DNA of 54,916 nt from NCBI GenBank assembly GCA_031360075.1, contig JANMAX010000136.1, positions 1-54,916 of the forward strand. Reading direction: 5' to 3'. The translations under genes and the position numbers were made by a program. This document shows, one piece after another, positions 10,045 through 19,701 of this stretch (positions are counted from its first letter, which is position 1; each line of letters opens with the position of its first letter). The stretch comes from a bacterium. GTDB taxonomy: Bacteria > Eisenbacteria > RBG-16-71-46. The notes under the pieces are model-generated. The model worked only from the letters and a program-made list of their open reading frames with translations, was not told where the DNA came from and ran no database searches.

Positions 10045-11135
10045 GATCGCGCCGCTCCCGCCGGCACGAGCCCGAGCCCAAGAAACGCTTCGGCCAGTTG
10101 CTGTCCGATCGCCGCCGCCGTGCCCAGCTCGATGGCGCGTTCGCGGCCCGCCGCACCAAGCCGCTGGCGTTCAGCACTCGAACCGATCAGGCGCGCCAGC
10201 GCTTCGGCGAGCGCCTCGGCATCGCCGCGCGGGACGAGACGCAGATGCACGCCATCCTCGAACACCTCGCGCGGGCCCTCGCCGTTCCCGGTCACCACCG
10301 CGCGACCCGCCGCGAGCCCCTGCCAGAGCTTGTGTGGAATGACCCGCCCGGTCTTCTCGCCAGTGCCGAACGCCCCGAGCGCGATGTGCGTCTGCTCGAG
10401 GATGCGCGGCGCATCGGCGTAAGCCAGCCGCCCCGTGAACTCGACGCGCTGGAGCTTGGCCCCGGCCGCGAACTCCCGTGCGCTGTCGTAGTCGATCCCG
10501 TCGCCGACCAACTGGACCACGAACGGTGGCAACTCCGCGACCCTCTGCTCGAGCAGGACCACCGCTTCCAGCAGCGTGCGCACGCCGTGCAGCGGCAGGA
10601 AGCCACCCACATAGGTGATGCGCACCAGTCCCTCCGCCGGAGGCGGAGGAACTTCAAAAAACTCCTGCTCCGCTCCCACCAGCACGCGACGCAGCTTGGC
10701 TCGTTCCGCCCCCAGTTCGACGAACAGCTCACCGTGCGCCCACGTGTCGCACAGCAGCAGGTCGGCGGCCCGGAACGCCCAGCGGTCGATGCGACGGTTC
10801 CAGCCCGCCTGGCGCGAGCCCGGCTCGTGCAGCCGCCAGTCCTCCACCAGCGTGTCCCAGCGCGACACCAGGGGATCGAACACCACGGGCCGCCGTCCGG
10901 CGAGCAGCCGCGCGAGAGGCATGTCCTTGTGACGGAACTCGGGCACCAGCACGGCGTCAGCGGTGCCCGCGACGCGCGACCACTGCGCGAGCAGTGAAGG
11001 ATAGCGCCGCCACGCCCGCTTGCCGCGCACGCGCGCCTCGCTCACTCCAAAGCCGGCGTGCGCCAGACCGGCACGCAGGATGCGATTGCGCGGGTAGTCC
11101 GGGTCCCAGGCGCCGAAACAGCAGACCGTGCTCAT
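10041..11135 (-). CDS. Glycosyltransferase, GT-B fold (GT1/GT4-like)
   Basis: The track ORF (10041..11807) is overextended into the upstream gene. The conserved protein starts at MSTVCCFGAWDPDYPRNR (ATG 11135, ATGA overlap with the upstream stop at 11132). The C-terminal half has the GT-B donor-binding pattern (ITYVGGF..., LVGDG..., PHKLWQGLAAGRAVV). Confidence 0.75.
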   Translation of the reverse strand: MSTVCCFGAWDPDYPRNRILRAGLAHAGFGVSEARVRGKRAWRRYPSLLAQWSRVAGTADAVLVPEFRHKDMPLARLLAGRRPVVFDPLVSRWDTLVEDWRLHEPGSRQAGWNRRIDRWAFRAADLLLCDTWAHGELFVELGAERAKLRRVLVGAEQEFFEVPPPPAEGLVRITYVGGFLPLHGVRTLLEAVVLLEQRVAELPPFVVQLVGDGIDYDSAREFAAGAKLQRVEFTGRLAYADAPRILEQTHIALGAFGTGEKTGRVIPHKLWQGLAAGRAVVTGNGEGPREVFEDGVHLRLVPRGDAEALAEALARLIGSSAERQRLGAAGRERAIELGTAAAIGQQLAEAFLGLGLVPAGAARS

Positions 11136-11914
11136 TCCGGTCCGCCGCGGTGCGTGAGCCACCACAACCGGGCGTACTTCAGGAACACCTGTGCTGCGGC
11201 GAAGCCGCACAACACCACACCGTGCGCGCCATCCAGGATCCCGAACTGCAGCACGTACTGGCGCACGAAGCGCAGCGGCGGCCGCACCAGCACGTCGAGC
11301 GGGCCCGCACGCCGGCCGGCACGCCAGGCCTGATCGGCGTTCGCCGCCGAGTAACGCAGCATTTTCTGCACGCAGGCGTCCCACGTCTCGTAGCTGCGAT
11401 GCTCGAGCTCGAACGGTCCGAGCCCGGCCACGACCGTGCCGCCTTCGACGTGCACGCGTTCGTGGACGAGCGCGTCGTCGAAGCGCGCCGCGTTCCGCGA
11501 GAACAGCCGCGGCAGCCACTCGTCGCGCCAGCCGCACCAGCGGATCCGGCGGCCGAGGAACCATGTCGCACGCCGGGCGAACACCAGCGTGCGCCCGGCC
11601 GGGAGCGATCCGGTGACGCGCACCAGCGTCGGCACGGACTCGGGGGTCAGCCGCTCGTCGGCGTCGATCCAGAGCACCCAGTCCTGCGTGCAATGCGCGA
11701 GCGCGAATGCGCGCTGGGCGCCGAAGCCCGCGAACGCGTGTTCCAGGACGCGCGCCCCAAGACGCTCCGCGGCCGCGCGCGTCGCCCGATCGCCGCGCGG
11801 GTCCCACACCACCACGACCTCGGCTGCGAACGCCAGCCGTGGCAGCAGTTGCTCGAGATCGCGCGTTTCGTCACGCGCCAGCAGCAGCACCGACAGCGGC
11901 AGGCGCTCAGGCAT
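11132..11914 (-). CDS. Glycosyltransferase family 2 (WaaE/KdtX-like LPS-core type)
   Basis: Real start is MPERLPLSVLLLARDE (ATG 11914). GT-A signatures are present (SVLLLARDE..., WVLWIDADERL DxD-like). The track ORF extends 5' into the GT9 gene in another frame. Confidence 0.75.
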   Translation of the reverse strand: MPERLPLSVLLLARDETRDLEQLLPRLAFAAEVVVVWDPRGDRATRAAAERLGARVLEHAFAGFGAQRAFALAHCTQDWVLWIDADERLTPESVPTLVRVTGSLPAGRTLVFARRATWFLGRRIRWCGWRDEWLPRLFSRNAARFDDALVHERVHVEGGTVVAGLGPFELEHRSYETWDACVQKMLRYSAANADQAWRAGRRAGPLDVLVRPPLRFVRQYVLQFGILDGAHGVVLCGFAAAQVFLKYARLWWLTHRGGPE

Positions 11915-12953
11915 GTGTCGCCTCGGGCAAGCGTGCAGCGCAGCCACGCGGGTGCTGCTCCAGGTGCGCCAGCACGAGGGCGGCCGCCGTGGCGGGCGAC
12001 AACGACGGCAGGCAGTTCCAATGCGCACAGCGCGTCCGTTCGCACGCGCGGCAGGGCAGCGACGTCCGCCAGTAGCCATGCGCGGGATCGGCCGGCGTCC
12101 AGGCGTCCGGATGCGCGGGGCCGAACCACGTGTAGGTCGGCACGCCGAACGCGATGGCGAGGTGCCGTGGTCCGCTGTCGGTCCCGACCAGCGCCCGCAG
12201 CGGCGCGATCGCGCCGGCCAGTGCGGCGACATCGGGCGCTGAGAGCGTCGGCGTCCCGGGTGCCAGGGCGGCGAGCCGGCGCAACACGCCCTCTTCCCCG
12301 GGGCCGCCGAGGGCCACGACCGGATGGCCGGCCGCGCGCAGCCGGAGCGCCAGCGAAGCGGTATGCGACAGCGGCCAAGTCTTGCTCGCCCATGAACCCG
12401 CCGCCACGAGCGCCACCGTACGCGCCGGATCGGTGACACCGGCGCTCGCCAGCACGCCCTCGCCCGCGGCGCGCGCCCGCGGCGTCAGCACCAGGTGAGG
12501 GAACGCCGGCACGTCGCCGCCGCCGGCCGCGCGCGCCAGCCGCACCAATGAGCCGGCGGCATACTCACGCCGGTCGCCGCCGGGATGTACGACGCGAGGC
12601 ACGGTGTGGTGGTAGAGCCGTTCGCGCCCGCGCATGTCGTAGCCCCACACCGTGCGCGCTCCGCTGCCACGAGCAATCACCGCGCTGCGTGGATTGCCGA
12701 AGAAGTCCACCGCGAGCGCCGGGCGCAGCGATCGCAGCGCGCTCAGCGTGCGGAGCGTCCCAGCGGTGCTGCGTTCGAGCGGCCACACCTGCGTGATCCC
12801 CGGCTGCCCTTCGAGCAGCGGTGCGAACCGCGCCTCGGTGACGACGTGCAGGGGCGCTCCCGGGAATCCAGCCGCCAGCGACGCGAACGCCGCCGTGCAC
12901 AGCGTCACATCCCCGAGCGCACGCAGACGCACCGCCACCACCGGGGCGGTCAC
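11907..12953 (-). CDS. Glycosyltransferase family 9 (heptosyltransferase-like)
   Basis: The N-terminus VVAVRLRALGDVTLCTAAFASLAAGFPGAPLHVVTEARFAPLL is typical of GT9. So are GGPGEEG... and the C-terminal TDSGPRHLAIAFGVP. GTG start at 12953 overlaps the dxr stop (GTGA). Confidence 0.8.
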   Translation of the reverse strand: MTAPVVAVRLRALGDVTLCTAAFASLAAGFPGAPLHVVTEARFAPLLEGQPGITQVWPLERSTAGTLRTLSALRSLRPALAVDFFGNPRSAVIARGSGARTVWGYDMRGRERLYHHTVPRVVHPGGDRREYAAGSLVRLARAAGGGDVPAFPHLVLTPRARAAGEGVLASAGVTDPARTVALVAAGSWASKTWPLSHTASLALRLRAAGHPVVALGGPGEEGVLRRLAALAPGTPTLSAPDVAALAGAIAPLRALVGTDSGPRHLAIAFGVPTYTWFGPAHPDAWTPADPAHGYWRTSLPCRACERTRCAHWNCLPSLSPATAAALVLAHLEQHPRGCAARLPEATHA

Positions 12954-14110
12954 GCGCCCACCGCGCGTCGCGCGGCGTCACGTGCCCAGGCATCGACAGC
13001 GCGCAACTGTTCGAACGACTCCACTGGCGCGGGCGTGTGTTCGGCGAGCACGCGCTCGAGCACCTCGGGGACCCGTCCGAGCACCATGGCACCGTCCAGG
13101 AACGCCTGCACCGCCACCTCGTCGGCGGCATTCAGCGCGCACGGCGCGGTGCCACCGTCGCGTCCGGCGGCGACCGCGAGGTCGAACGCTGGGAACTGCC
13201 CGGTCTCGATCGGGATGATCTCGAGGCCCGCGAGTGCCGTCACCGGCAGCGCCGGCACGGCTTCGCCCCAGCGTTCGGGCCATGACAGCGCCAACTGGAT
13301 CGGCAGCCGCATGTCGGCGTGTGCCGCTTGCGCAATGAGCGAGCCATCGCGGAACGTGACGATCGCGTGCAGCACGGCACGCGGCTGGATGACCGCGTCG
13401 AGTTGGTCCCATCCAAGCCCGAACAACGCCTGCGCCTCGATGAGTTCCAGACCCTTGTTGAACAGCGTCGCTGAATCCGTGGTGATGCGCGGCCCCATGG
13501 CCCACACCGGGTGCGCCAGCACTTCCGCTGGCGTCGCCCGCCGCCAGTCGGGGTGCGTCCGCAGGGGTCCGCCGGACGCCGTCAGTGTCAGCCGGGCGAT
13601 CTCGCTGGCCGGACGCCCGAGCAGGCACTGGAGCGCCGCCGAGTGCTCGCTGTCGATGGGAAGCAGCGTGCCCCCGGCCCGCTGCAGCGCGGCGTGCACC
13701 AGCGCTGCGCCGATGACCAGCGTCTCCTTGTTCGCGAGTGCAAGCGTGGCACCGCGGTCGAGTGTGGCGAGCGAAGCCGCGAGGCCCGCCGCGCCGACGA
13801 TGCCGTTCACGACGAAGCGGGCACCGCAGCGGGCCGCGAGCCGTGCCCCCGCGCCTGCTCCCACCTCGATGTCGGCGGAGGGTGCTGCCAAGCGCAACTG
13901 GTCGCGCGCGCGCGCCGGATCGGCGGCGTGCTCGAGCGCCACATGGCGCGGCTGCCAGCGCGCGGCCTGCTCGCACAGACGCTCCAGAGCACGCCCGGCG
14001 GCGAGGGCCACGACCTCGAGCCGCTCGTGATCGCGTGCCGCGACGTCGAGGGTCTGCTCGCCGATCGAACCGGTGGAGCCGAGCACCGCGAGCGTGCGCC
14101 GCCCGCTCAT
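12950..14110 (-). CDS. dxr: 1-deoxy-D-xylulose 5-phosphate reductoisomerase
   Basis: LAVLGSTGSIGEQTLDV NADPH-binding N-terminus, LANKETLV, and length of 386 aa. Confidence 0.95.
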   Translation of the reverse strand: MSGRRTLAVLGSTGSIGEQTLDVAARDHERLEVVALAAGRALERLCEQAARWQPRHVALEHAADPARARDQLRLAAPSADIEVGAGAGARLAARCGARFVVNGIVGAAGLAASLATLDRGATLALANKETLVIGAALVHAALQRAGGTLLPIDSEHSAALQCLLGRPASEIARLTLTASGGPLRTHPDWRRATPAEVLAHPVWAMGPRITTDSATLFNKGLELIEAQALFGLGWDQLDAVIQPRAVLHAIVTFRDGSLIAQAAHADMRLPIQLALSWPERWGEAVPALPVTALAGLEIIPIETGQFPAFDLAVAAGRDGGTAPCALNAADEVAVQAFLDGAMVLGRVPEVLERVLAEHTPAPVESFEQLRAVDAWARDAARRAVGA

Positions 14111-14120
14111 GGCCTTCGGC

Positions 14121-14150
14121 CCAGCGCGAGCCTGCCCAGCGCGAGCCTGC
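14121..14150. repeat. Perfect 15-nt tandem duplication (ccagcgcgagcctgc x2) filling the cdsA-dxr spacer
   Basis: Read directly: 14121..14135 is identical to 14136..14150. The repeat sits between the cdsA stop (14151) and the dxr ATG (14110). Confidence 0.9.
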
Positions 14151-15023
14151 TCATGGCACCTGGAAGATCACGGCGCGCAGATAGTGATACACGATCGGGG
14201 CTCCGAAATAGAGGCTGTCGAAACGGTCGAGCACACCACCGTGACCGGGGATCAGATCCGATGAGTCGCCACTGGCGGAGTCCCGCTTGAACAGCGACTC
14301 GACCAGGTCGCCGACCTGCCCGCACACGCCGACGAGTGCCCCGACCGCGAGCGCGTGCGGCCAGGTCAGCAGGGGTCCGCCGCCCTCGGCGTGCAGGAAC
14401 GTCGCCGCACCGATCTGAGCCGCGAGGATGGCGGACACGAAGCCGCCGAACGATCCCTCGAGCGTCTTGCGCGGCGAGATGGCGGCCCATGGACGTGTGC
14501 GGCCGAAGAACCGGCCGGCCACGTAGGCGCCCGTATCGCAGCTCCAGGTGACGAGGAATGCGTACAGGACGAGCGAGGAACCGTCGGCGTACGCCAGCCC
14601 GGCGCGCCACGGCAGTTCACGCAGCAGCACGAAGTGCGCCGACAGCCAGCCGACGTAGAGCACGCCGAACGCCGTGACCGCCGCGCTCTCGAGCACCCGT
14701 GGCTGCCCGCCGCGCCGCAGGGCGAGCGCCAGTAGCAGGAGCAGCGCCGAGGTCGCGAGCAGCGAGACATTGGGAGTCTGTGGACGGTAGGCGAGCCCGA
14801 GCAGCGCCAGAGCGGCCAGGAAGCCCAGCCAGCGCACCGGCTCGAGCCCCTTGGCGCGCGCCATGCGGTAGAACTCCTCGAGCCCGAGCATCGTCTGCAC
14901 GGCCACGAACCCCAGCCATGCCACTCCGCCCGCGCGCGCCAGCAGCAGCAGCAGCGGCACGAACAGCACGCTGCTCGCGATGCGCAGACCGAGCGACCAC
15001 TGGCCGCGTTTCGGGACGGGCAC
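14151..15023 (-). CDS. cdsA: Phosphatidate cytidylyltransferase
   Basis: C-terminal signature SLFKRDSASGDSSDLIPGHGGVLDRFDS and a multi-TM body. The track ORF (to 15365) overlaps uppS in another frame. The start is uncertain: in-frame GTG at 15023, or CTG at 15065 that lies 4 nt after a GGAGGG SD. Confidence 0.85.
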   Translation of the reverse strand: MPVPKRGQWSLGLRIASSVLFVPLLLLLARAGGVAWLGFVAVQTMLGLEEFYRMARAKGLEPVRWLGFLAALALLGLAYRPQTPNVSLLATSALLLLLALALRRGGQPRVLESAAVTAFGVLYVGWLSAHFVLLRELPWRAGLAYADGSSLVLYAFLVTWSCDTGAYVAGRFFGRTRPWAAISPRKTLEGSFGGFVSAILAAQIGAATFLHAEGGGPLLTWPHALAVGALVGVCGQVGDLVESLFKRDSASGDSSDLIPGHGGVLDRFDSLYFGAPIVYHYLRAVIFQVP

Positions 15024-15078
15024 CCGGGCTACCGGTGTGCCCGGGGTCTCATGCGGGAGCTTCAGCTCGCCCTCCGCT

Positions 15079-15822
15079 TCAGTCGGACCGGCCGAATCGC
15101 CGCTCGCGGCCCTGGAATGCAGCCACCGCCTCGAACAGGTGCTTGCGGCGGAAATCGGGCCATAGCGTCTCGGTGATCCACAACTCGGTGTAAGCCAGTT
15201 GCCAGAGCATGAAGTTCGACAGGCGCATCTCGCCGCTCGTCCGGATGAGCAGATCCGGATCGGGCAGGCCCGCAGTGTACAGGTAGCTGCCGAAGAACTC
15301 CTCGTCGACACGGGCGGGATCCAGCCGCATCTCACGGGCATCGGTGAGCAGCCGGCGCGCGGCATCGACCAACTCGGCCCGGCCGCTGTAGGACAGTGCC
15401 AGGTTCAGCAGCATGCCGGTGCCATCCGCCAGATAGGCCTGCGTCGTGGCGATCTCATCGCGCACCGCGGCGGACAGGTCGGCGGTCCGGCCGATCACCT
15501 GCAGCCGGACGTTGTTCGACTTCAGCTCCTTGCGTTCGGCGCGCAGCGTCTGGCGCAGGATGGTCATCAACGCGGCCACTTCACGCGCCGGCCGCTGCCA
15601 GTTCTCGATCGAGAACGTGTACAGCGTCAGCACCTGGACACCGAGCGCCGCACAGCCACGTACCGCCTCCCGCACCGAATCCCGCCCGGCACGGTGCCCC
15701 ATCAGGCGCGGCACGCCTCGGCCCTTCGCCCAGCGGCCGTTGCCATCCATGATGATCGCGACGTGGCGCGGGATGTTCCCGCGCGCGATCAGTTCCTCGG
15801 GACTGGGCATTCGCGTGGACAA
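15079..15822 (-). CDS. uppS: Isoprenyl transferase (undecaprenyl-diphosphate synthase)
   Basis: HVAIIMDGNGRWA and the RTSGEMRLSNFMLWQ motifs. The start is either TTG 15822 (GGAAGA upstream) or ATG 15810. Confidence 0.95.
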   Translation of the reverse strand: MSTRMPSPEELIARGNIPRHVAIIMDGNGRWAKGRGVPRLMGHRAGRDSVREAVRGCAALGVQVLTLYTFSIENWQRPAREVAALMTILRQTLRAERKELKSNNVRLQVIGRTADLSAAVRDEIATTQAYLADGTGMLLNLALSYSGRAELVDAARRLLTDAREMRLDPARVDEEFFGSYLYTAGLPDPDLLIRTSGEMRLSNFMLWQLAYTELWITETLWPDFRRKHLFEAVAAFQGRERRFGRSD

Positions 15823-15894
15823 GGCGTCTTCCGGAAGTCGCGGGACCGGACCGCACCCGCTCGGAGGAACAGCGGCGGCGGCACGGCGGCCCGG

Positions 15895-16452
15895 CTAGAC
15901 CTCCATGACCTCCGCCGTCTTCTTCTTGAGGATCTCGTCGATCAGCCCGGTGAACTTGTCCGTCATCTTCTGGACTTCAGCGGTCTGGCGCTTGGCGTCG
16001 TCAGCGGGCAGCGTGCCGTCGTCCTCAAGCGCCTTCAGCTCCTTGTTCGCGTCGTGGCGGATCTGGCGCATCGCGACCCGGCCTTCCTCGGCGAACTTGG
16101 AAATCAGCTTGACGAGTTCCTTGCGGCGGTCCTCGGTCAGCGCCGGCAACGGGATCCGCACGACGCTCCCGTCATCGGTCGGGTTCAAACCCAGCTTGGC
16201 CTCGTTGATGCCCTTGCAGATGGCCTTGATGAGGCTCTTGTCCCACGGCTGGATCACCAGCAGCCGGGCTTCCGGCGCGCTCACCGTGCCGACCTGCTGG
16301 ATCGGAACATGGGTGCCGTAGGCGTCGACCTTCACGGTGTCGAGCAATTGCGGGCTCGCCTTGCCGGAGCGGATACCCGTGAGCTCATGACGGACGAACT
16401 CGAGGGCCTTCTTCATGCGTTCTTCTGCGTCGCTCAGCGTCTTGGATGCCAT
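15895..16452 (-). CDS. frr: Ribosome recycling factor
   Basis: 185 aa, with full-length RRF pattern (...LTGIRSGKASPQLLD..., LPALTEDRRKELVK...). Confidence 0.95.
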   Translation of the reverse strand: MASKTLSDAEERMKKALEFVRHELTGIRSGKASPQLLDTVKVDAYGTHVPIQQVGTVSAPEARLLVIQPWDKSLIKAICKGINEAKLGLNPTDDGSVVRIPLPALTEDRRKELVKLISKFAEEGRVAMRQIRHDANKELKALEDDGTLPADDAKRQTAEVQKMTDKFTGLIDEILKKKTAEVMEV

Positions 16453-16473
16453 CGCGTCACTCCCTATAACGGG

Positions 16474-17187
16474 TCACTCCCCGACGACCGTGCCCACCGA
16501 CTCGCCGTTGACGATCTTGACCAGGTTGCCGCGCACGCCGACGTTGAACACGATCAACGGCAGCCGATTGTCGCGGCACAGGGAGATCGCGGTCGAGTCC
16601 ATGACCTTGAGATCCTTGTTCAGGATATCCATGTACGGGATGCGTGGGAAGAACGTCGCGGTCGGGTCCTTCTTGGGGTCGCCCGAGTACACGCCGTCCA
16701 CCATCGTGCCCTTCAGGACCACGTCGGCCCCGATCTCGATGGCACGCAGCACCGCGGCGGTGTCGGTCGTGAAGTACGGATTGCCCGTCCCCGCCGCCAT
16801 CACGACGATACGCCCCTTCTCGAGATGGCGCACGGCGCGCCGCCGGATCCACGGCTCGCACACCTGGTCCATCTGGATCGCGGACATGACGCGGGTGAAC
16901 AACCCGCGCTTCTCCAGGGCATGCTGCAGCGACAGGCTGTTGATGACCGTCGCGAGCATGCCCATATGATCCGCGGCCACGCGGTCCATGCCACGCGCAC
17001 TGCCCGCGAGGCCGCGAAAGATGTTGCCGCCGCCGAGCACGATGCCGACCTGGACGCCGAGCGCGTGCACGTCCCGCACTTCCTCGGCGAGGGCCGTGAG
17101 TACGTGCTCGTCGATCCCGTGACCGGCCTGTCCGGCGAGTTGCTCGCCGGACAGCTTGAGCAGGATGCGCTGCGGCTTGGTCTTCAA
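16474..17187 (-). CDS. pyrH: UMP kinase
   Basis: [12 protein letters not shown]-terminus and the [13 protein letters not shown] motif. TTG start at 17187 lies 3 nt after the tsf stop. Confidence 0.95.
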   Translation of the reverse strand: MKTKPQRILLKLSGEQLAGQAGHGIDEHVLTALAEEVRDVHALGVQVGIVLGGGNIFRGLAGSARGMDRVAADHMGMLATVINSLSLQHALEKRGLFTRVMSAIQMDQVCEPWIRRRAVRHLEKGRIVVMAAGTGNPYFTTDTAAVLRAIEIGADVVLKGTMVDGVYSGDPKKDPTATFFPRIPYMDILNKDLKVMDSTAISLCRDNRLPLIVFNVGVRGNLVKIVNGESVGTVVGE

Positions 17188-17190
17188 AGG

Positions 17191-17784
17191 TTACTCCGCG
17201 CCGAGCCGGAAGCGAACGAAGCGGCGGACGACGATGTTCTCGCCCGTCTTCATGGATGTCTCCCGGACGAGCGCATCGACCGTCTTCTTGTCATCCTTGA
17301 TGAACGCCTGCTCCATGAGACAGACCTCGGAATAGAACTTGTTGAGCTTGCCATCGACGATCTTGTCGACCATGTGCGCCGGCTTGCCGTCGTTCTTCAC
17401 CTGGTCCGCATAGATGGCACGCTCGCGATCGAGACGCTCCGCCGGGACTTCCTCGCGCCGCACGTAATCGGCGTTCGCCGCCGCGGCCTGCATGCCGAGG
17501 TCCTTGCACAGACGGATGAAGTCGTCCGTGCGGGCCACGAAGTCAGTCTCGCAGTTGACCTCGATGAGGACGCCGATGCGGTTGTCGTGGATGTACGACT
17601 CGATACGGCCCTGCGAGGCGGCACGGTCCGCGCGCTTCTCGGCCTTGGCGATACCGGCCGTACGCAGCGCATCGATTGCCTTGTTGAGGTCGCCGTTCGT
17701 CTCGGACAGCGCCTTCTTGCACTCCATCATGCCTGCCCCGGTCATGTCCCGGAGCTGCTTGACCTGTTCCGCGGTGATCGTCAT
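17191..17784 (-). CDS. tsf: Elongation factor Ts (short form, about 197 aa)
   Basis: MTITAEQVKQLRDMTGAGMMECKKAL UBA-like N-terminus. ATG at 17784 is preceded by GGGGAG. The track ORF adds 14 unsupported residues. Confidence 0.9.
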   Translation of the reverse strand: MTITAEQVKQLRDMTGAGMMECKKALSETNGDLNKAIDALRTAGIAKAEKRADRAASQGRIESYIHDNRIGVLIEVNCETDFVARTDDFIRLCKDLGMQAAAANADYVRREEVPAERLDRERAIYADQVKNDGKPAHMVDKIVDGKLNKFYSEVCLMEQAFIKDDKKTVDALVRETSMKTGENIVVRRFVRFRLGAE

Positions 17785-17806
17785 GACACTCCCCTGCTCG
17801 TTGGAA

Positions 17807-17839
17807 CGCCCGCCCGCACGATTCACATGCGGACGGGCG
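17807..17839 (-). promoter_or_regulatory. Strong 12-bp stem-loop in the rpsB-tsf spacer (possible attenuator or processing site)
   Basis: Minus strand reads CGCCCGUCCGCA-ugugaaucg-UGCGGGCGGGCG (11 Watson-Crick pairs plus 1 G-U). It is followed by only UU, then the GGGGAG SD of tsf. Confidence 0.4.
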
Positions 17840-17864
17840 CGGTTCTGTGCTTCATCAAGGTGGT

Positions 17865-18632
17865 TCAGGCCCGCGCGGGTGCCGTTCCGGCCTCGGCTTC
17901 GGCGGATTCTCCGCCGAAGGAGACCGTCTCCTGATCAGCGCCTTCTCGGGTGATGTGCTTGGCTTCGAGGATCGACTCCGCCACCAGTCCCGAGAACAAC
18001 TTGATCGCGCGCAGCGCGTCGTCGTTGCCTGGGATCGGGAAATTGATCAGCGTCGGATCGCAGTTCGTGTCGACGACACCGACGATCGGGATACCCAGGC
18101 GGTTCGCCTCGGCCACCGCGATCTTCTCCTTCTTCGTGTCGACGATGAACACCAGCGACGGAAGACCCGGCATGTCCTTGATGCCCGCGAATGCGAACTG
18201 CAGACGGACGCGTTCCCGCCCGAGCCGCGACTGCTCCTTCTTCGCGAGCTTCTCCATGGTGCCATCGGCGACCATGCCGTCGAGGTCCTTGAGACGCTTG
18301 ATGCTGGTGCGGATGGTCTTGAAGTTGGTGAGCATGCCGCCCAGCCAGCGCTCCGTCACGTGGTACTGGCCGCAACGCGCCGCGTCCTCGGTGACGATGA
18401 GCTTCGCCTGCTTCTTCGTGCCCACGAACAGCACATGACCGCCACCGCGTGTCACCTTGAGGATGGCGGCCTTGGCGTCCTGGATGCACTTGAGCGTCTT
18501 CTGCAGGTCGATGATGTAGATCCCGTTGCGCTCCATGAAGATGAATCGCTTCATCTGAGGATTCCAGCGCCGGGTTTGATGCCCGAAGTGAACACCCGCT
18601 TCGAGCAGGTCCTTCATGGTGATATCGGCCAC
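17865..18632 (-). CDS. rpsB: 30S ribosomal protein S2
   Basis: [22 protein letters not shown]-type N-terminus. GTG start at 18632 is preceded by GGAGGT. Confidence 0.95.
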   Translation of the reverse strand: MADITMKDLLEAGVHFGHQTRRWNPQMKRFIFMERNGIYIIDLQKTLKCIQDAKAAILKVTRGGGHVLFVGTKKQAKLIVTEDAARCGQYHVTERWLGGMLTNFKTIRTSIKRLKDLDGMVADGTMEKLAKKEQSRLGRERVRLQFAFAGIKDMPGLPSLVFIVDTKKEKIAVAEANRLGIPIVGVVDTNCDPTLINFPIPGNDDALRAIKLFSGLVAESILEAKHITREGADQETVSFGGESAEAEAGTAPARA

Positions 18633-18755
18633 GGATGACCTCCTGTGGGGTTCTTCCTCCGCCCCGCCGAGCAGTCGCGCCTCCCCGTGTGAACGGGGAC
18701 CCCGGCGCGGCGGTGGGGCGTGTGAGATTTCGTTGAATCGAGACGGCGGTGCGTC

Positions 18756-19148
18756 TTAGCGCTTGCTGAACTGGAAGCGCTTGCGGGCGCCCGGCTGTCC
18801 GTACTTCTTGCGTTCCTTCATGCGTGAATCACGCGTCAGGAAACCCTCGCGGCCCAGCAGGCCCTTGAGCGATTCGTCCTTGCTCACCAGACAGCGCGCG
18901 ATCCCCATACGGATCGCACCCGCCTGCCCGGTGAGTCCGCCACCCGCGACACGGGCGTGGACGTCGTACTGATCGCGCGTGTTCGTCACGACCAGCGCCT
19001 GGAACGCATGCAGCACCAGCACCTCTCGCTTGAGGTACTCGAGCGCGCCCTTACCGTTGATGACCACCTGACCCGTGCCCGGAAGCAGGCGCACACGCGC
19101 CACCGCTTCCTTGCGCCGGCCGGTCAGGGGCTTCGTCGTTGTCGTCAT
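18756..19148 (-). CDS. rpsI: 30S ribosomal protein S9
   Basis: 130 aa, [19 protein letters not shown], and a C-terminal ...[17 protein letters not shown]. Confidence 0.95.
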   Translation of the reverse strand: MTTTTKPLTGRRKEAVARVRLLPGTGQVVINGKGALEYLKREVLVLHAFQALVVTNTRDQYDVHARVAGGGLTGQAGAIRMGIARCLVSKDESLKGLLGREGFLTRDSRMKERKKYGQPGARKRFQFSKR

Positions 19149-19159
19149 GAGATCCCCTT

Positions 19160-19594
19160 TCAGGCCTCGATGGTCCAGGACTCAGGCATCTGAGCGGCGT
19201 GCGGGTGCTGAGGGCCCGCATAGACCTTGAGCTTCTTCACCATGGCGCGGCCGAGGCGGTTGCGGGGCACCATGCCCTTCACGGCCTTCTCGATCACGCG
19301 CTCGGGGTGCTTCGCCAGCATCGTGGCCAGCTGCGTCCACGTGGCGCCACCCGGATACATCGTATGGTGGAAGTACTTCTTCTTCTCCGGCTTGCCGCCG
19401 GTCAGCCGGACCTTTTCCGCATTGACCACGATGACGAAGTCACCGGTGTCCATGTGCGGGGTGTAGATCGGCTTGTGTTTGCCCCTGAGTACCATCGCGA
19501 CCTGAGTCGCCAGACGACCGAGGGTCTTGCCCTCGGCGTCCACGACCAGCCAACGCCGCTGGATGTCACTCACGCGGGCGGAATACGTCGTCAT
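19160..19594 (-). CDS. rplM: 50S ribosomal protein L13
   Basis: The conserved start is [29 protein letters not shown] (ATG 19594, GGAGGA 4 nt upstream). The track ORF adds 30 unsupported residues. Confidence 0.95.
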   Translation of the reverse strand: MTTYSARVSDIQRRWLVVDAEGKTLGRLATQVAMVLRGKHKPIYTPHMDTGDFVIVVNAEKVRLTGGKPEKKKYFHHTMYPGGATWTQLATMLAKHPERVIEKAVKGMVPRNRLGRAMVKKLKVYAGPQHPHAAQMPESWTIEA

Positions 19595-19701
19595 CCGTCC
19601 TCCGATGATAGCCGAAACGGCCGCGCGCGAACGCCTTGCAGGGTCCGGCAGCCGTGATGCACCGAGACGAGCGGCCCAGTGCACAGTGAAGGAAGCGCCG
19701 G

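Noticed and set aside
15199-17934. Very long plus-strand ORFs. This 911-aa ORF is one; others are 924..2906, 3651..5375, 7086..8405, 21163..23187, 22958..24709, 40641..42623, 46796..48250 and 50352..52301.
   Set aside because: Each lies antisense to a minus-strand gene with unmistakable conserved motifs (frr, pyrH, tsf, tamB, relA, recJ, dnaJ, lepA, glmS). Their translations are Arg/Ala/Gly/Pro-rich with no recognisable domains. This is the expected stop-poor antisense frame of a very GC-rich genome.
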